Assembly (NCBI GenBank): GCA_964106915.2
Contig: OZ066914.1
Source: Podarcis gaigeae
Lineage: Eukaryota
Reading direction: 5' to 3' (one strand)
DNA: 64,000 nt
The notes beneath the pieces are model-generated. The model was not told the origin of the DNA. It saw only the letters and a program-made list of their open reading frames with translations, and searched no databases. A program made the translations under genes and the position numbers. Of the stretch, positions 24,630 to 37,485 are shown in pieces (position 1 is the stretch's first letter; the number at the start of each line of letters is the position of its first letter).

Positions 24630-25720
24630 AGGCATGCGGCTTCGACAACAGCTGCCTCACTCCCGCAGGAGGATGCTGACCTAGTAGGTCGGGCTGCCAC
24701 CCTCAGCATCCTTACTAGGTCAACTTCGGTCGGAAAAGTCCGCCAGGTAAACACGCGTCGCGCGAGGGCTGCCAATCTCCGGGGGGCGGGGCTCCGGCGG
24801 GCGCCGAGCGAGCCGCGCGCCCTTGGCGAGCGTGCGCCGGGCTCCCCGAGGCCCTTTTCCCGCCTTTTCTTGACAGAAAACGGCAAGCAGCCGTCTTGCC
24901 CGCCCGCCTGCCCTCCGCGCTCCTTGACCCCGGGAGCCGCCGCCGGGCTCCTCGGGGAAGAAGGGGGGCCCTTATGAGGGGGGGGGGTCGCTTCTAACCA
25001 AAAGCTCAGCAAAAAGCCGTTGGGACTCACACAGTGAAGTGATAGACGAAGCACTTCCAGCCGGTGGGTCTCTCCAGGAAGTTGTAGACCCTGCCTTGGA
25101 TGTGGCTGCGGCTCAGCAGAGGTCTGCGGACGCTGTAGATGGAGACGCGCGGGTCGAAGCTGACCGGAGGGCGAGGGTAGTCGCCGCCTCCGCCGCCGCT
25201 CATGGCCACGGTGGCTTCGGGCCCCTCGACGTACCGCGCGCGCTGCTGAGTCGCGCAGCCGGTGCCGCCGGGCGTCGTCCCCCCCGCGGGCGCGGAGAGC
25301 GAGAAAGGCGCGTAGTGCGCGTTGGCGGCGTTCTCGGCCAGCTCCAGAGCCGAGGGTTTCATGCTGCCTTTCCTGGACGTGACGGACAGGCGCCCCAAGC
25401 TCCACGGCTTCCTCTCCGCCTTGGGCGAGGAAGGAGAAGACATCGTAGAGGCGCGCGCGGAGGGGCGGGCCGGCGGGATGCGGAGCCAGGCAGCGAGCGC
25501 GACGCGTCTCTCGCTCGCTCTCCTTCCCCCGCGGCCTCCGCTCAAGTCCCCGAGAGCTCGCCTTGGCCCCGCCCACTCCGGGGGAGGGCTCCTCGGGGAA
25601 GGCCCCTGCTCCCTCCGCCTCGCCGCTGCCAGCAGCCACCCAAGGAGCCCCGGGGGCAGCGCGGCGGCGGCGGCTGCTCGTCCCTTACTCGCGCAAGACG
25701 GCCGAGACTTTCCGCAGCTG
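24630..25720. promoter_or_regulatory. CpG island covering the KCNQ1 promoter, 5'UTR, exon 1 and start of intron 1
   Basis: Abrupt GC- and CpG-rich block in an AT-rich, CpG-poor background. GC box GGGCGGGGCC on the minus strand at ~25565-25574. Confidence 0.85.
25031..25443 (-). CDS. KCNQ1: KCNQ1 (Kv7.1 voltage-gated K+ channel) first coding exon, 413 nt, ends in phase 2
   Basis: Translation [19 protein letters not shown]...RKGS...[49 protein letters not shown] matches the KCNQ1 N-terminus and start of S1 (human ...[48 protein letters not shown]). The ATG at 25443 has A at -3. A GTGAGT donor follows at 25030-25025, at the same codon position and phase as human exon 1. Confidence 0.96.
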
Positions 25721-26182
25721 TGCAACAAGTAGATCTTCAGCAGGTGCAGAACTTGGGTGATTCATGATTAGTGGCATCTTCCTTGCCCTAAACCTGGCAG
25801 GCGTTGTGCAATCAACTGGAAGAAAATCCCTGCCATCCAGAGAAGCGCGGGCGAAATCAAAGCAATGTGCCGTTTTGATTCCATTTATCTCTTATATATA
25901 ATATTTTCCTTTTTATCTTTTATATTCCTTTGAGGTAGGTAAGGCTAAGAGAGGGCCATGACGGGGAGGTGTTTGTTTTTGTGGGGTGTGTTTTTTTCAG
26001 ATGCCGAGGGGGCGACGTAGCAAGGTGGGTGAGCAAATGATCTGTGAAACAGCAATTCCCTAGTTTGGCTATCACCCCCTGCCTCAAACTCACCAGGGCT
26101 GCGATCATATAGTCATTTATTTACCTGGGAGTAAGTCTCATTGAATTCAGTGGGACTTATTTCTGAATAGACATGTATGGGG

Positions 26183-26317
26183 CATGGGTGTAGCCAAGGG
26201 GCGGTAGGGGGGCAGTTGCCCTCCCCCAAATCAATAAACAAAACATAGCTAAGTGTGGTTCTTCCCTCCCCCCAACAAGAGGCCTGCCCCCTATCAAAAA
26301 TCCTGGCTACTCCCATG
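26183..26317. mobile_element. hAT-type MITE
   Basis: CATGGGTGTAGCCA...TGGCTACTCCCATG TIRs with TSD (G/A)TATGGGG. Confidence 0.75.
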
Positions 26318-29300
26318 ATATGGGGGCTGTGCCTTTGGTATACAGTATTCCTGTTTTTCAGCCTCAGTGTGTGCCATCTCTGTACTATTAAGACAACCAG
26401 TGACCAACACCAACACCCCTTTAACTTAAAAGGGGAAACCTGTGATCTAGGGGCTACATGTGACTCCACTTAACTTCATTTATGAGTCTTTTCCTGGCTT
26501 TTTAAAAGCCTCACTTTATTTTTGTAGTTTCAGAATGATTGGTCTTTATTCCAGATTAGTTATCCAGAACACATTTGTCATCAGTTTCAGCTCCGCCCAC
26601 TGTCAGCATGTGGCCTCTGGCAGATTTCCCCCCCCCCACACACACACAGGGGGGGTGGATAGAGAATGTTCCTCAGCAGGGGAAAAAAGTTGTCCACACA
26701 TGCTTTACATGGTTGTGGGAATTCTTGAGATAACGTGTGTATAGATCCTTGAACATGGCAAAGAACAATTCAAAAAGAAATACAGTACATAGTAAACACC
26801 CTTGATGTACAGGTTGATATCTCAAGAAGCCCTGCCCTCTTGGAACCTTATAAATTGAAACTTGAGTGCTTACTCACACTTGCATCTCTTGGTAGGTTGG
26901 CAGCTGCCCATTAGCAGATCCTCTCGCCCAGAAATAATGTAGCGATGGGCAGAAATGAAGTACTGCCACTTATTTCACAACAGAGATTGTGATATCCTGT
27001 ATTGTAGGAATCATAGAATCACTGAATCACAGAATTGCAGAGTTGAAAGTGACCACAAGTGTCATCTAGTCCAACCCCCTGCATTGCAGTAATCTTTTGA
27101 CCAAATATGTGCTAGTATGTTGCACACCAAATATATAAGCCATTTTTCTTCCGCTTCTAGACATAAACCCACCAAATAACCTAATAAGAAGAGCTAGGTT
27201 ACATTAGCATGCCACTTTTATTTCGGGGGAAATCAAAATCTCTTAATTACGGCCAACCAAAATGTCACAAAATATTGAGTAAACTCTTGAGACTTAGGCT
27301 GGATGTTAAAGGGAAGAGAGAGAGTGAGTATGGGAGAAATGACTTGTTATTGCAGCCATAATGTTTGTATTGGTCAGAAGTTCATAGTCTTAGCAGGGGC
27401 ATAGCTATGGGGATGTGACTGTGGAGGCTGCCATGAAGTCCCAGCGCTTAGCAGTCCTAGTACGTGCCCAGCTTACTACGTCAAGCAGCAGCAGGATGGA
27501 CCATTTGCACACCAGTGTCACTTGCAGGGTCACTTGGCATAGCAGGATGAGGCTCTTGCAGACAATTCCTGTGCTGCTATTTATAACACATTTACTACTT
27601 CTAAAAATAGCCTCAGTGTGATTTACAATTAAAAAGTATGCACTGAAATAAATAGGATTAAGGAGGGGCAGTAAAACAAAATGAAGTGCTGGTACAGCCA
27701 CAGCCATAATCCTAACACACACACACATCCATGATGCTAAGTGTAAGGGGTTAGGATGCAGAGGAGCCAAGCTGCTATGGAAGCTCCCGCGTGGGCCTGC
27801 CAGGCAGTGTAAGGGCTGCTGAAACAGCATCCACTGAAGTCAATGGTGGTCCATTTCCTAGTGAAGGGTCCAATGTGGGCCCTTCTGCTGCATCAGCCTG
27901 GAACAAAATAAAGGGGGAGGATTATTGTCACTTCACCTTCTGCCCTAGCCAGCAGGAGCTGGTGGTGAATTCACTGCTCTACTGTACACCACCCCACACT
28001 CAGTTGAGTTTGCTCTGCCTATTGCTAGAATCACTGCAGGGGTCCCACCACCATATCTGAACGTAATAAGACAGGAAGTGGCTCACAGAAGTTGTTCCAA
28101 TTTAGGCAATACTGAGCTCAAGATAGACAAATGTTCTGACAGTATACGGCGGCTTATACCAACATTCTTCTTAAGTCCTAATTCTACTGTTTGATTCATT
28201 CTCGGTGTAATTCCTCTGCAACATATCAAGGAAGAATTTGTAGCTTGCCTTTTTAAGGCAATGGATGCTCTCTTCTGAGAATCTGGAAAACAAAATAGGG
28301 GCACAGAGTTGCTTAAAAAAAGAAAGGCAAGAATTGTGCTCTCATACCTAGGCTGAATTCTATAGTTGTTAACCCAGCCTACTGCTTACACATTGCACTG
28401 CAAAACAATCTGATGCCTATTTAAGCCAAGGAGCATGGTTCGCAGCATTCAGACATTTACAACAAACCTATAAGAGTCTGCTTTGAGTGTAACTTAAGAT
28501 GAAGTTGTCACAATTAAGTAGCCTAGCAAGCCAAAATTATTACATTATTTTCAATATAAACTTCAACTTGCATTAAGCTGTTTATCTACTATAGAGCTTT
28601 TCAGTCTTTGTTTTATTTCCTATGTAGATGTTTGAAGTTCATGTAGCTGCTACAAGTAAGAGAGTTGCCAAACGACATAAATCTTGCAACATACACTTGC
28701 CTAAACAAACACCCCAAACACTGGCTGTATTGCTGGCTTGCCTGAAATAAAAGTTTGCTCTTCTGTTAGATTGGTTTATGATGACATGTTTTTCAAACAT
28801 TATCACCCTAAATCTGGCTCCTTACCATCATGCACTTTTGTGGAACCCCTGATTAATTGGTTAAGCTGTCTTCATGCCAGGCTATGTGAGGGTTTGGCAC
28901 AGTAACGCATTTTAACGCGTGAAGTAATAGCTGCTTCTAATAAGACAAATGATTTGGCACCTTAGATACAAGAGCTCAAGCACTCCAGTGCAGAAGCAAT
29001 TAGCTAACAAAGACAACTCCAAGAGCAGAAGGCACAAATATCCTTTGATCAGAAAGTCTGCTTTCCTTTTGAGCTTGATGGAGAATAGAACTAGTTAACA
29101 AGCTCCTTTCCCAGAGCTGTGCTGAGTTCAAGGGTTATGCTGGTGCTTAGACAAAAATGCTGCGGCAAGATAAGGTACTATATATATTATATACCTTGTT
29201 ATTTTCGGCTCTATTCAAAGGCGGTTCAGAAGTTCTCCAGATGCTTTGCATGAGTATGGCTGCTCCCTTCCGATAAACACTGATTTACAATGTATTATAA

Positions 29301-30976
29301 TAATAATAAATTGTTCTTGCAGTGATAACACTTTTATAAGCCACACTTAAAGCTTACTTAGACAACACTTAAGGGCTTCAAATTATGCTGGACGACTCCT
29401 GTGCCAACAAATGTCACAAAACATGACGTCACCTCACAGTCACAGCAGCATGACACTGACATCACAGCACAGGTAACTAGGGCAATATTTGTGAGTGCTG
29501 CGCCTCTGTGTGTGTGATCCTAATCCCATATATCATCGTAATAGTTCTTCTGTGTGGTAAAAGAGGGAGTAGGCTGGAGAGCCTTAGATCACTTTAACAA
29601 CTGTTTTAACTTACATGGCTCCTTCCCCCCACCTCTCTCTCACACACCCCAAATTCTGGGAGCTGTGGTTCATTGAGGGGTCTGAGAATTCCGCTGGAGT
29701 GATGGAATGATTATTAAGGCAGTTTAAGTTTGTAGCATAAATATGCTGATACTAATATGCTTTACAGCTAGGGCATCTTCACGGTAATTTTATACACTTG
29801 TCAGTTTCACTGAGGGCTGCTGCCCCTGCTCACTCTGCTTGTTACCCCTGCCTACCCTTTTGCCAAATGCCCTTCCCCCATACTAGACTGAGCCCTCCCC
29901 CATCTTTATATGTCACCTACCCAGGTCATCACCTATCGTCCCTCTGCCCCCATACAACTATCTTAGTATTTTGCCTGATAAAAGTTTTCCTAACCTCACA
30001 CACAGTGGTGGCCCAATGCAAACTACCACCATGCATATTTTTGCATCACTTGGACCCATGCTGTTGGACACAAAAAAAGCTTTTTGCTGGATTTGGGGCA
30101 AAGTTCGAAAACGAATGGTGCTTTTGCTCTTGAGTTATTTTATGGTTAATAATGACTGGAAAGATAACATGTCACAGTTGTCTACACTACAACATGTTAC
30201 TTCTACCACAATTAAACATTTATAGTATGCACAAATAACGTCAACTATAGAGGAACAACTCATCAAAACAAATTACTTCATTCACTATAATGCCTGACAA
30301 GTGATCTCATGTTGACTCTGTATGAAGAAATATATGCTATGATAATAACAGCACTGATTTCCTCCCTACTGCCCCTAGATTTATATAAGGTTCAATGGGA
30401 AAGTTTATGTTTTGCTGCTCTAGGTGTGAAAACTCCTAGAATATATATATACAGTATTTAAGTTTGCATGTGGCTAAAAATTTATAGTTTCATATAATGA
30501 AATTAATATATGTTTCTCCGAACAAATGCAGGTAGCACAGTAAATAATCAAGAAAATGCTAAAAATAATGCTTGGGTCAAATATCAAAACTTGAAGCCCA
30601 GAATAATGTAATTGAGGTCAATGGGATTGTTCCAGAGTAAGTGGCTTAAGTACTGCGACAGCCTATTGCAGCCTAGAGTGGCGATACTGTTAATTACATA
30701 ATAAGCATTTGGAATCCAGGAAATAATTCCTTCAATTATAAAGAGCAGATGTGGAATGTTATGTGGAGCATGCAGTATCTTCAAATGCAAACACTTGTTT
30801 ATATAATACATATGCTGCAATTGCTGATTCCTTCTGAAGCATAAATATCTTGCCCTTACAAATCACAAACACTGTGTTGTTTCTATTATTATTATTTATT
30901 ATTATACATTGCATCAAAGCTCCTGTGTCTGTATTTGTTACCTTTTGTCCTTTGTACACAATTCAAAGTGCACACC

Positions 30977-31029
<53 letters not shown>
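30977..31029. repeat. Compound microsatellite (CT)n(CA)n
   Basis: Read directly from the sequence. Confidence 0.95.
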
Positions 31030-31031
<2 letters not shown>

Positions 31032-31207
31032 ATTCCAGAGCAATTTGTTCCATACAGAATGGATTCCACAAATTTCCTCCAAGCATGTGCAGAGTGTTGT
31101 ACCATGGCTATGTATGCATTTTCCTTGGCCTCAAGCATGGCAATGGGGTCATAGTGACAAGGTGCTGTTGTTTTCATCACCATCCCTTTGCCATGCTAAA
31201 GACCTAG

Positions 31208-31588
31208 ATAAAAAGTAAAGGTAAAAGACCCCTGGACAGTTAAGTCCAGTCAAAAGTGACTATGGGGCATGGCACTCATCTCACTTCCAGGCTGAGGTAG
31301 CTGGTGTTTATCTACAGACAGCTCTCCGGGTCTTGTAGCCAGCATGACTAAACTGCTAAACTAAACCGGAACATCGTGATGAGTGCCAGAGCGCACGGAA
31401 ACGCTGTTTAACTTTCTGCCACAGCTGTACCTATTTATCTACTTGCACTGGCATACTTTTGAACTGCTAGGTTGGCAGAAGCTGGGACAGAGCAATGGGA
31501 GCTCACCTTGTCACGTGGATTCGAACTGCCGACCTTCCGATCAGCAAGCCCAAGAGGCTTGGAGGTTTAGACCACAATGCCACCCACT
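31208..31588 (-). mobile_element. Sauria SINE, diverged
   Basis: AAAGGT tail on the left and GGTTTAGACCAC head on the right. Imperfect TSD GCTA(A/G)AGACCTA. Confidence 0.8.
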
Positions 31589-33119
31589 CACGCTAGAGAC
31601 CTATGCATGTCTCTGGGCATGTCTGGACTGGGCTACAGAACCCATTTCAGATGTTGCAATCCAAATGTGACAAAATTGAATGCAATTGTGGTTCTGCTCA
31701 AACTTTTCAGAGCTGAACCAAGTTATTCAAATAGTGTGTTGCCTGCCACCCCAATCTTCAAGTGGTGCAAGTTTTCAGGGGGTCCAGGTGCTTAAGTAGG
31801 GTTCTGTTTCTAAGGAATGAGGGACAGTGAAGACTGTGGTGTCTTTATTATATGTGGTTTATTTTCACATATATATAACAACCTGAGCTTATGATGGATG
31901 GGCTCATAGCATCAACACCCCAGAAGGTTTGTTCTTCCCATAGGCCCAGTCTTGGATTCAAGCAGAGATCAAGCATGACTCTCATTCTCTTCTACCTGCT
32001 TCTAGCCCAGTGCACTCTCCTATCTCTTTCTCAATCTCTCACAGACACACACACTTTTGTCTTTCCCACTTCCAGCCAGATGTGGGAGAGGGGACCCACC
32101 CATTTGCCCTCTGGCACAAAGCCACTTCCTTCTGTTATACTTACAACCTGCTTAGGCCCACCAAGAAGCAGGCCTGGCTGCTTCAACAATTGAATCCTCC
32201 ATTAGATTTTAACCTTTGCTGAATCTAGGACCCTAGGAATTAAAAGGGACTCGGGCATCATACAGCCTGATCTCCTCCCCTAGCCCAAATTCACATCTTA
32301 ACATAAGACTTGGAACTTGTGCCCCGCCCCCCCCCCCAGTTTCTCAATATGCTGAATTCTTCACCCAGTACATTTTCTTTATTTTACCTTCTAACTCAGG
32401 TATGTGTGAAGTTTAATGTGACGATCTCACACCACTATTTCCCCCCTCTTCAAATAACCACTCATTTTGTTATTTTCTTCTTCAATAAGATAGAGAGCTA
32501 GGATTCAGAAATATGAAAACAGATTTTACCAGTACTGCAGATCCATTATATGTTAGAAATATTTGTTTAGTATCATAAGAGTCATATCCTTCATCTTTGC
32601 CAAACAAGGTGATCTGTTGTGTATGATTGAGAGAAATATACTGTACTTTCTTGTGGATATTAGTATTCATATTTAATTTCCCTTTATCTTACGTATGATC
32701 TGGGCTGGCCTTTCGTATTTTGGCACACACTAGCAAAACATTAAAATATCCTCCATGGGACCTTGAAACTCCTAGCTCTCCTCATTAATTCTGACAGGCC
32801 ATGAAACTGTTTTTTTCATCTCCCTACTATGTCAACTACTGGTAATTGTGCATAATTTGAAGGGAGTAACTAGCAGCCAGCAATCAATTCAACAGCCATT
32901 TAGGTGGGTTCTTTTAGCTATTCCTTCATATTAAAGAGATGTCTTTGGCTATTGCCTATACAAAAGAAATAAAACACAATTATTTATGTTAACCTCCCTG
33001 ATACAAGTCATTGCCCACAGTCACACTGGGTCACCTTTCTCCTCAGTGTCTCTCAGTTTATTCTGGCTACTGGTGGAAGCGATTTGCTGCTTAGCCCTAA
33101 AAGCTTCCTATGTCAGGAT

Positions 33120-33215
33120 TTATTTGTGTAATATCTTGCCCAATGAAGAGTTCTGATAACTTGAAAGCTTTCACATTTTTGTAGCATTTCATTTGTCCCA
33201 ATAAAGGTATTACTG
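33120..33215 (+). mobile_element. Penelope-like element terminal fragment
   Basis: CAATGAAGAGTTCTGATAACTTGAAAGCTT...GTCCCAATAAAGGTATTAC resembles reptile Penelope ends. Confidence 0.5.
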
Positions 33216-33828
33216 AACTGTTGATTTTGGATTTTGTTTTCATGAACCTTGGGCTTTGTGTGAACTTTTGGTCTTGTCTTCCTCTCCTTCCCCTTTGATG
33301 CTATGTAGAGATCCAACACACTTCCACTATCCACATGGGGACTACCCACCTGAATAGGGCCTGTGTAGGTAAAAGCCAGTGTGCACCGGCCAAAATCGTG
33401 GGGTTCACCCCCAGATTTTCTTGTGGTGACTCTACAATTCTATATTACCTTTACCTCTACCATGAGAGATACAACCAGCCACCTCCATTACTATAGCTTT
33501 GACAGACATCAAAAATGTTTTTATGCATGACTGCTTTTAATGAGAATATGCAAAAGGCAGAGTCCTCTGTTTTTAGTGGGGTGACCAGCCAAGAGAATTG
33601 GATTAGAAGCTGGGACTTGTATCCAATATAGTGCTAAGTAACCATCTGGCCAATACAAGGATTTATGCTTTTACAATGGAACTTTCTCAACACTCCTCCT
33701 TTTAGCACTCACCCCATACCCTCCTTAAATCTGCTCCAAGATGTGTGTGAGGAGCTTATAAACACAACTCCTTTTTGTGAACCGCCCTGAGACCTCCGGA
33801 TATAGGGTGATATATAAATTCAATAAAT

Positions 33829-34196
33829 TGCAGTCCCATGAACTGCAAGAAGATCAAATTTATCCATTCTTAAGGAAATCAGCCCTGAGTGCTCACTGGA
33901 AGGACAAATCCTGAAGCTCCAATACTTTGGCCACCTCATGAGAAGAGAAGAGAAGAGAAGAGAAGAGAAGAGAAGAGAAGAGAAGACTCCCTGGAAAAGA
34001 CCCTGATGTAGGGAAAGATTGAGGGCACAAGGAGAAGGGGACGACAGAGGGCGAGATGGTTGGATAGTGTTCTCGAAGCTACCAGCATGAGTTTGACCAA
34101 ACTGCGGGAGGCAGTGGAAGACAGAAGTGCCTGGCGTGCTCTGGTCCATGGGGTCACGAAGAGTCAGACACGACTAAACGATGAAACAACAACAAC
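33829..34196 (+). mobile_element. BovB 3' fragment with an internal (AGAAG)9 expansion
   Basis: Homologous to the other BovB copies. 15-bp TSD ATAAATTCAATAAAT at 33814-33828 / 34197-34211. Confidence 0.92.
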
Positions 34197-35503
34197 ATAA
34201 ATTCAATAAATGACAACAACAACAACTCCCAGTGGAGGATTTTTAGTGCCCTGGATTTGCACAAAGTCAATGCAGGGGTGAGTAAAAGAGAAGACAGGTT
34301 GCACATCAGCTGTGGCTGTGGAACGGAAACAAGGAAGGAAGGAATGCTGAGAAGGTGAAAGTGGTGGTTTAAAAGCAACTGCAGAGATCCTTCACACAAT
34401 GTAGTTCACTCCTAGCACCGTGTGTTGTCTTCAACAGGAAGTTCCAGATTCAACACAGTAGTTTGGAACATAAATTTTATTACAAGCACACACCCATACA
34501 TGAACAACATCCATCAACTGAACTTAACCTTCTCTAACTGAACAAAGAAACTGACAGGCTTGCTCATAAGAATCTATTCATCTTGGAAAGACAGTACCAT
34601 ATATCATCCTAGGGTGGGTGTGCAAAGGGAGTTGCAGAATAGGAGAAAGGAGAAGGCATGGAAATGGGGATGGTCAGCATACAAGGGAGAGAGCTGAGAT
34701 AAGGAAAGAGGAAGGAATAATAATAATAATAATATTTTTTTTATTTATTTATACCCCGTCCATCTGGCTGGGTTTCCCCAGCCACTCTGGGTGGCTTACA
34801 GCATATCTAAAAACATATTTAAAACATCAGGCATTAAAAACCTCTTGATACAGGGCTGCCTTCAGATGTCTTATAAAAATTGTGTAAAAGGAAAAGGGAT
34901 GGAGCAAGAAGGTGAAAATGGGTGCAAAGGGAGGCTGCAAAAAAGAAGGAAGGGGGTGGCATGGGAATGGGGCAAAAATGAAAGCAGGGATATGAAATCA
35001 AGAGTAGAATAGGAGGGGATGGTGGCTTCGTAATTGGGCAGAAGTTGAAAAGGGTGCTGCAGTCTGTGGGAGGAGGAAGATGCAGGAAGTTTTGTCCTCT
35101 TTCCCTGACCTTTGCTTGTTTCATAGGTGTTTGGAAAACATTCAAAACCCTGTCAGTAGTTTCTGTGTGTACTGTAGTAAAAGTACTACCATTTTAACTG
35201 GGGACTTGGAAAAGTTAGCCAAGTGTCAGGGAAATGATCATTATAAAGTGAAATTATGGACAAGGTTTCTCAACAACTATTGGACTCATTCTGAGAATAA
35301 GAGCAAACAAAGGCAAAAATGTGCAGGGAGTGTGTAAGGCATTATTTGTGACCTCCAGAAGACAGTGTTCTGGCTTCTGAGGCATGGTTAGAACACTGCG
35401 CTCCAAGACAGAAAAGCATCTGCCAGAGAAAGTTCTGGCTTCTAAAATCTGCAGCTTGCAGGCAGAGATTTGGCTGGTTATTCTGAACGAATAGGGGCTT
35501 TAC

Positions 35504-35636
35504 CAGTGCTGTTTTCTGTGGGTACTCAAGAGTACGCAGTACCGGCACCTTTTATTTTTTCAAATGTTATAAGTGTGGCACTTACTGTAACAACTTCATG
35601 GTGAGTACTGGCACCTTTTTCTTTTAAAAAGCACTG
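35504..35636. mobile_element. hAT-type MITE (CAGTGCT TIR)
   Basis: CAGTGCT...AGCACTG with TSD GGCTTT(AC/GT). Confidence 0.65.
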
Positions 35637-35776
35637 GGCTTTGTTCAGTGGTAGCTTCCTGCTTGAAGAAAGCATTTCTGCTCTTGCAAGGGAAGACACC
35701 CAGTTTTCACTGATTGCTCGCTACTTATAGCAGTCCTATGGAGCATATCCCATACTATTGGAGCAGGGATCTAGTC

Positions 35777-36037
35777 CAGGGGTCAGCAACCTTTTTCAGC
35801 TGTGGGCCAGTCCACCATCCCTCAGACCATGTGGTGGGCCAGACTATATTTTTTTTTTTGGGGGGGGGGGGAAATGAATGAATTCCTATGCACCACAAAT
35901 AACCCAGAGATGCATTTTAAATAAAAGGACACATTCTACTCATGTAAAAACACACTGATTCCCGGCCCATCCATGGGCCAGATTGAGAAGGCGATTGGGC
36001 CGCATCTGGCCCACGGGCCTTAGGTTGCCTACCCCTG
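35777..36037. mobile_element. hAT-type non-autonomous element
   Basis: CAGGGGTCAGCAACC...GGTTGCCTACCCCTG with perfect 8-bp TSD ATCTAGTC. Confidence 0.85.
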
Positions 36038-36669
36038 ATCTAGTCCTTAAGGGTAGCTTTTCGGGAAACACAGGAGGACTGCAGCAGGTAGAGGGATTGG
36101 TGAAAACCAGGTGCTCAATCTTGCACAAGTGGAAGTGCTTTTCACTAGCATTAACCCCTCACCGTGTCTCAGTTCCTCCTACTCCTAGCACTCAATTCTC
36201 CCCAACATCCTTGCAGCATAGAATTGCACTTCACTTATTCTTAGGGTCTATGTGAGAGGCACCCACTTTCACCACCCAGAGCCAGCCCTTCCATTAGCCA
36301 GTAGGGCTGATGGCTTGCTTTAGACAGAAGTTTCTTAAACACGGCTAAAATGCAACAAATCCAAATTTACTGTGTCTGAAATTTTACACAGACATTATCT
36401 AAAATCACTTCTCCGTAAACACAGTGGTATTTATTTCTCATAACACTTGCATAGGGTTGGGCTGCAACTTTAGGATTATAACAGGGAGATGCTCACCAAA
36501 TGGTAGGAATATTTAAGCAGGAATATAAGAGGAGCATGCTGAATCAGATCAGCAGCTATCCCTGATCCTATACTTAGTTGCTACTGTTATTTAGCTACCC
36601 AACATGATCCTAAGATAAATTTTCTGGTTAGTCACCACAAGTTGAGACCCTCATAAATTTGTGAACTTA

Positions 36670-36850
36670 GCAGAAGGGTTTAAGCCCAAATTTGCACCAG
36701 TTTACACTTGGTACTGATTCTCATTTGCCTTGTTGTCCCCCATTTATCCAGTTTGGACAGATCCTTTCAGAGCTCTTCAGAATTTGCTTGTGTCTTCAGT
36801 ATCCCAAATAATTTGCCTCATCGTCAAACTTGTCCACTTCGCTGCCCATC
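36670..36850 (-). mobile_element. Decayed CR1 RT fragment
   Basis: Minus strand gives an FADD-like motif followed by ...EEL*KDLSKLDKW...KCK, with frameshifts. Confidence 0.55.
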
Positions 36851-36991
36851 CCATCTTCAGCACAGCTCACCTTGCCATTGTGAGCAAATAGGAGAGAACG
36901 CAAAGAAAGGTAATTCGTCTACTGTTGTCATGATGGCTAGCCCTTTATCCTGCACTGAGACAGATTTAAAATCAACTTCCTCTGTCCAATA

Positions 36992-37224
36992 CAGTGGTGC
37001 CTCTAGCGACAAACTTAATTCTTTCCGGAGGTCCGTTCTTAACCTGAAACTGTTCTCAACTAGAGGTGTGCTTTCACTAATGGGGCCTCTTGCTGCCGCT
37101 GCACTGCCGGCACACGATTTCCATTCTCATCCTGGGGCAAAGTTCTCAACACTCTTCCAGGTTAGCGGAGTTTGTAACCTGAAGCGTTTGTAACCTGAGG
37201 TGTTTGTAACTCGAGGTACCAATG
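36992..37224. mobile_element. Tc1/mariner-type MITE (same family, diverged)
   Basis: TA-flanked; homologous to the 22506 copy. Confidence 0.75.
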
Positions 37225-37485
37225 TACTGAAATTGGCTTCCATGCTATATTAAAGTTTAATAAGAATTAGTTACATATTGTAAAATTGCTGGCATGGAAT
37301 GCTCCTTTGGAAAGAACTGTATTCAACGGCAACGCCAAATTGGAAATCTGCCCTATTATTCCATTCACGATTTTGCATGACGGGGGGGGGGGGGAGGCAA
37401 AAGAGCTGCATCTTTGGACTCTGCGTGGAAGACAGAGAAGGGAAGAGGTGTTGATTAATGTGAAAAGCATGAATGGACAGAAGAG

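Larger units (their letters stand above)
1..25030 (-). other. KCNQ1: KCNQ1 intron 1 (partial, continues past the window start)
   Basis: Follows the exon-1 donor. No exon-2-like peptide (FLIVLVCLIFSVLSTI) was recognised in 1-25030. Mammalian KCNQ1 intron 1 is long. Confidence 0.8.

Noticed and set aside
24593-25767. Long overlapping ORFs (348 aa minus; 242 and 136 aa plus) over the CpG island
   Set aside because: Low-complexity Arg/Ala/Gly/Pro translations expected from stop-poor GC-rich DNA. The 348-aa ORF begins at GTG and runs through the KCNQ1 splice donor.
29424-29431. Full CRE palindrome TGACGTCA 4 kb upstream of KCNQ1, and scattered ATTTGCAT octamers
   Set aside because: Single 8-mers are expected by chance in 64 kb, and there is no supporting context.
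30850-31218. ORFs with HTHTHT/SLSLSL/ERERER runs (also 56082-56507)
   Set aside because: Microsatellite translations.
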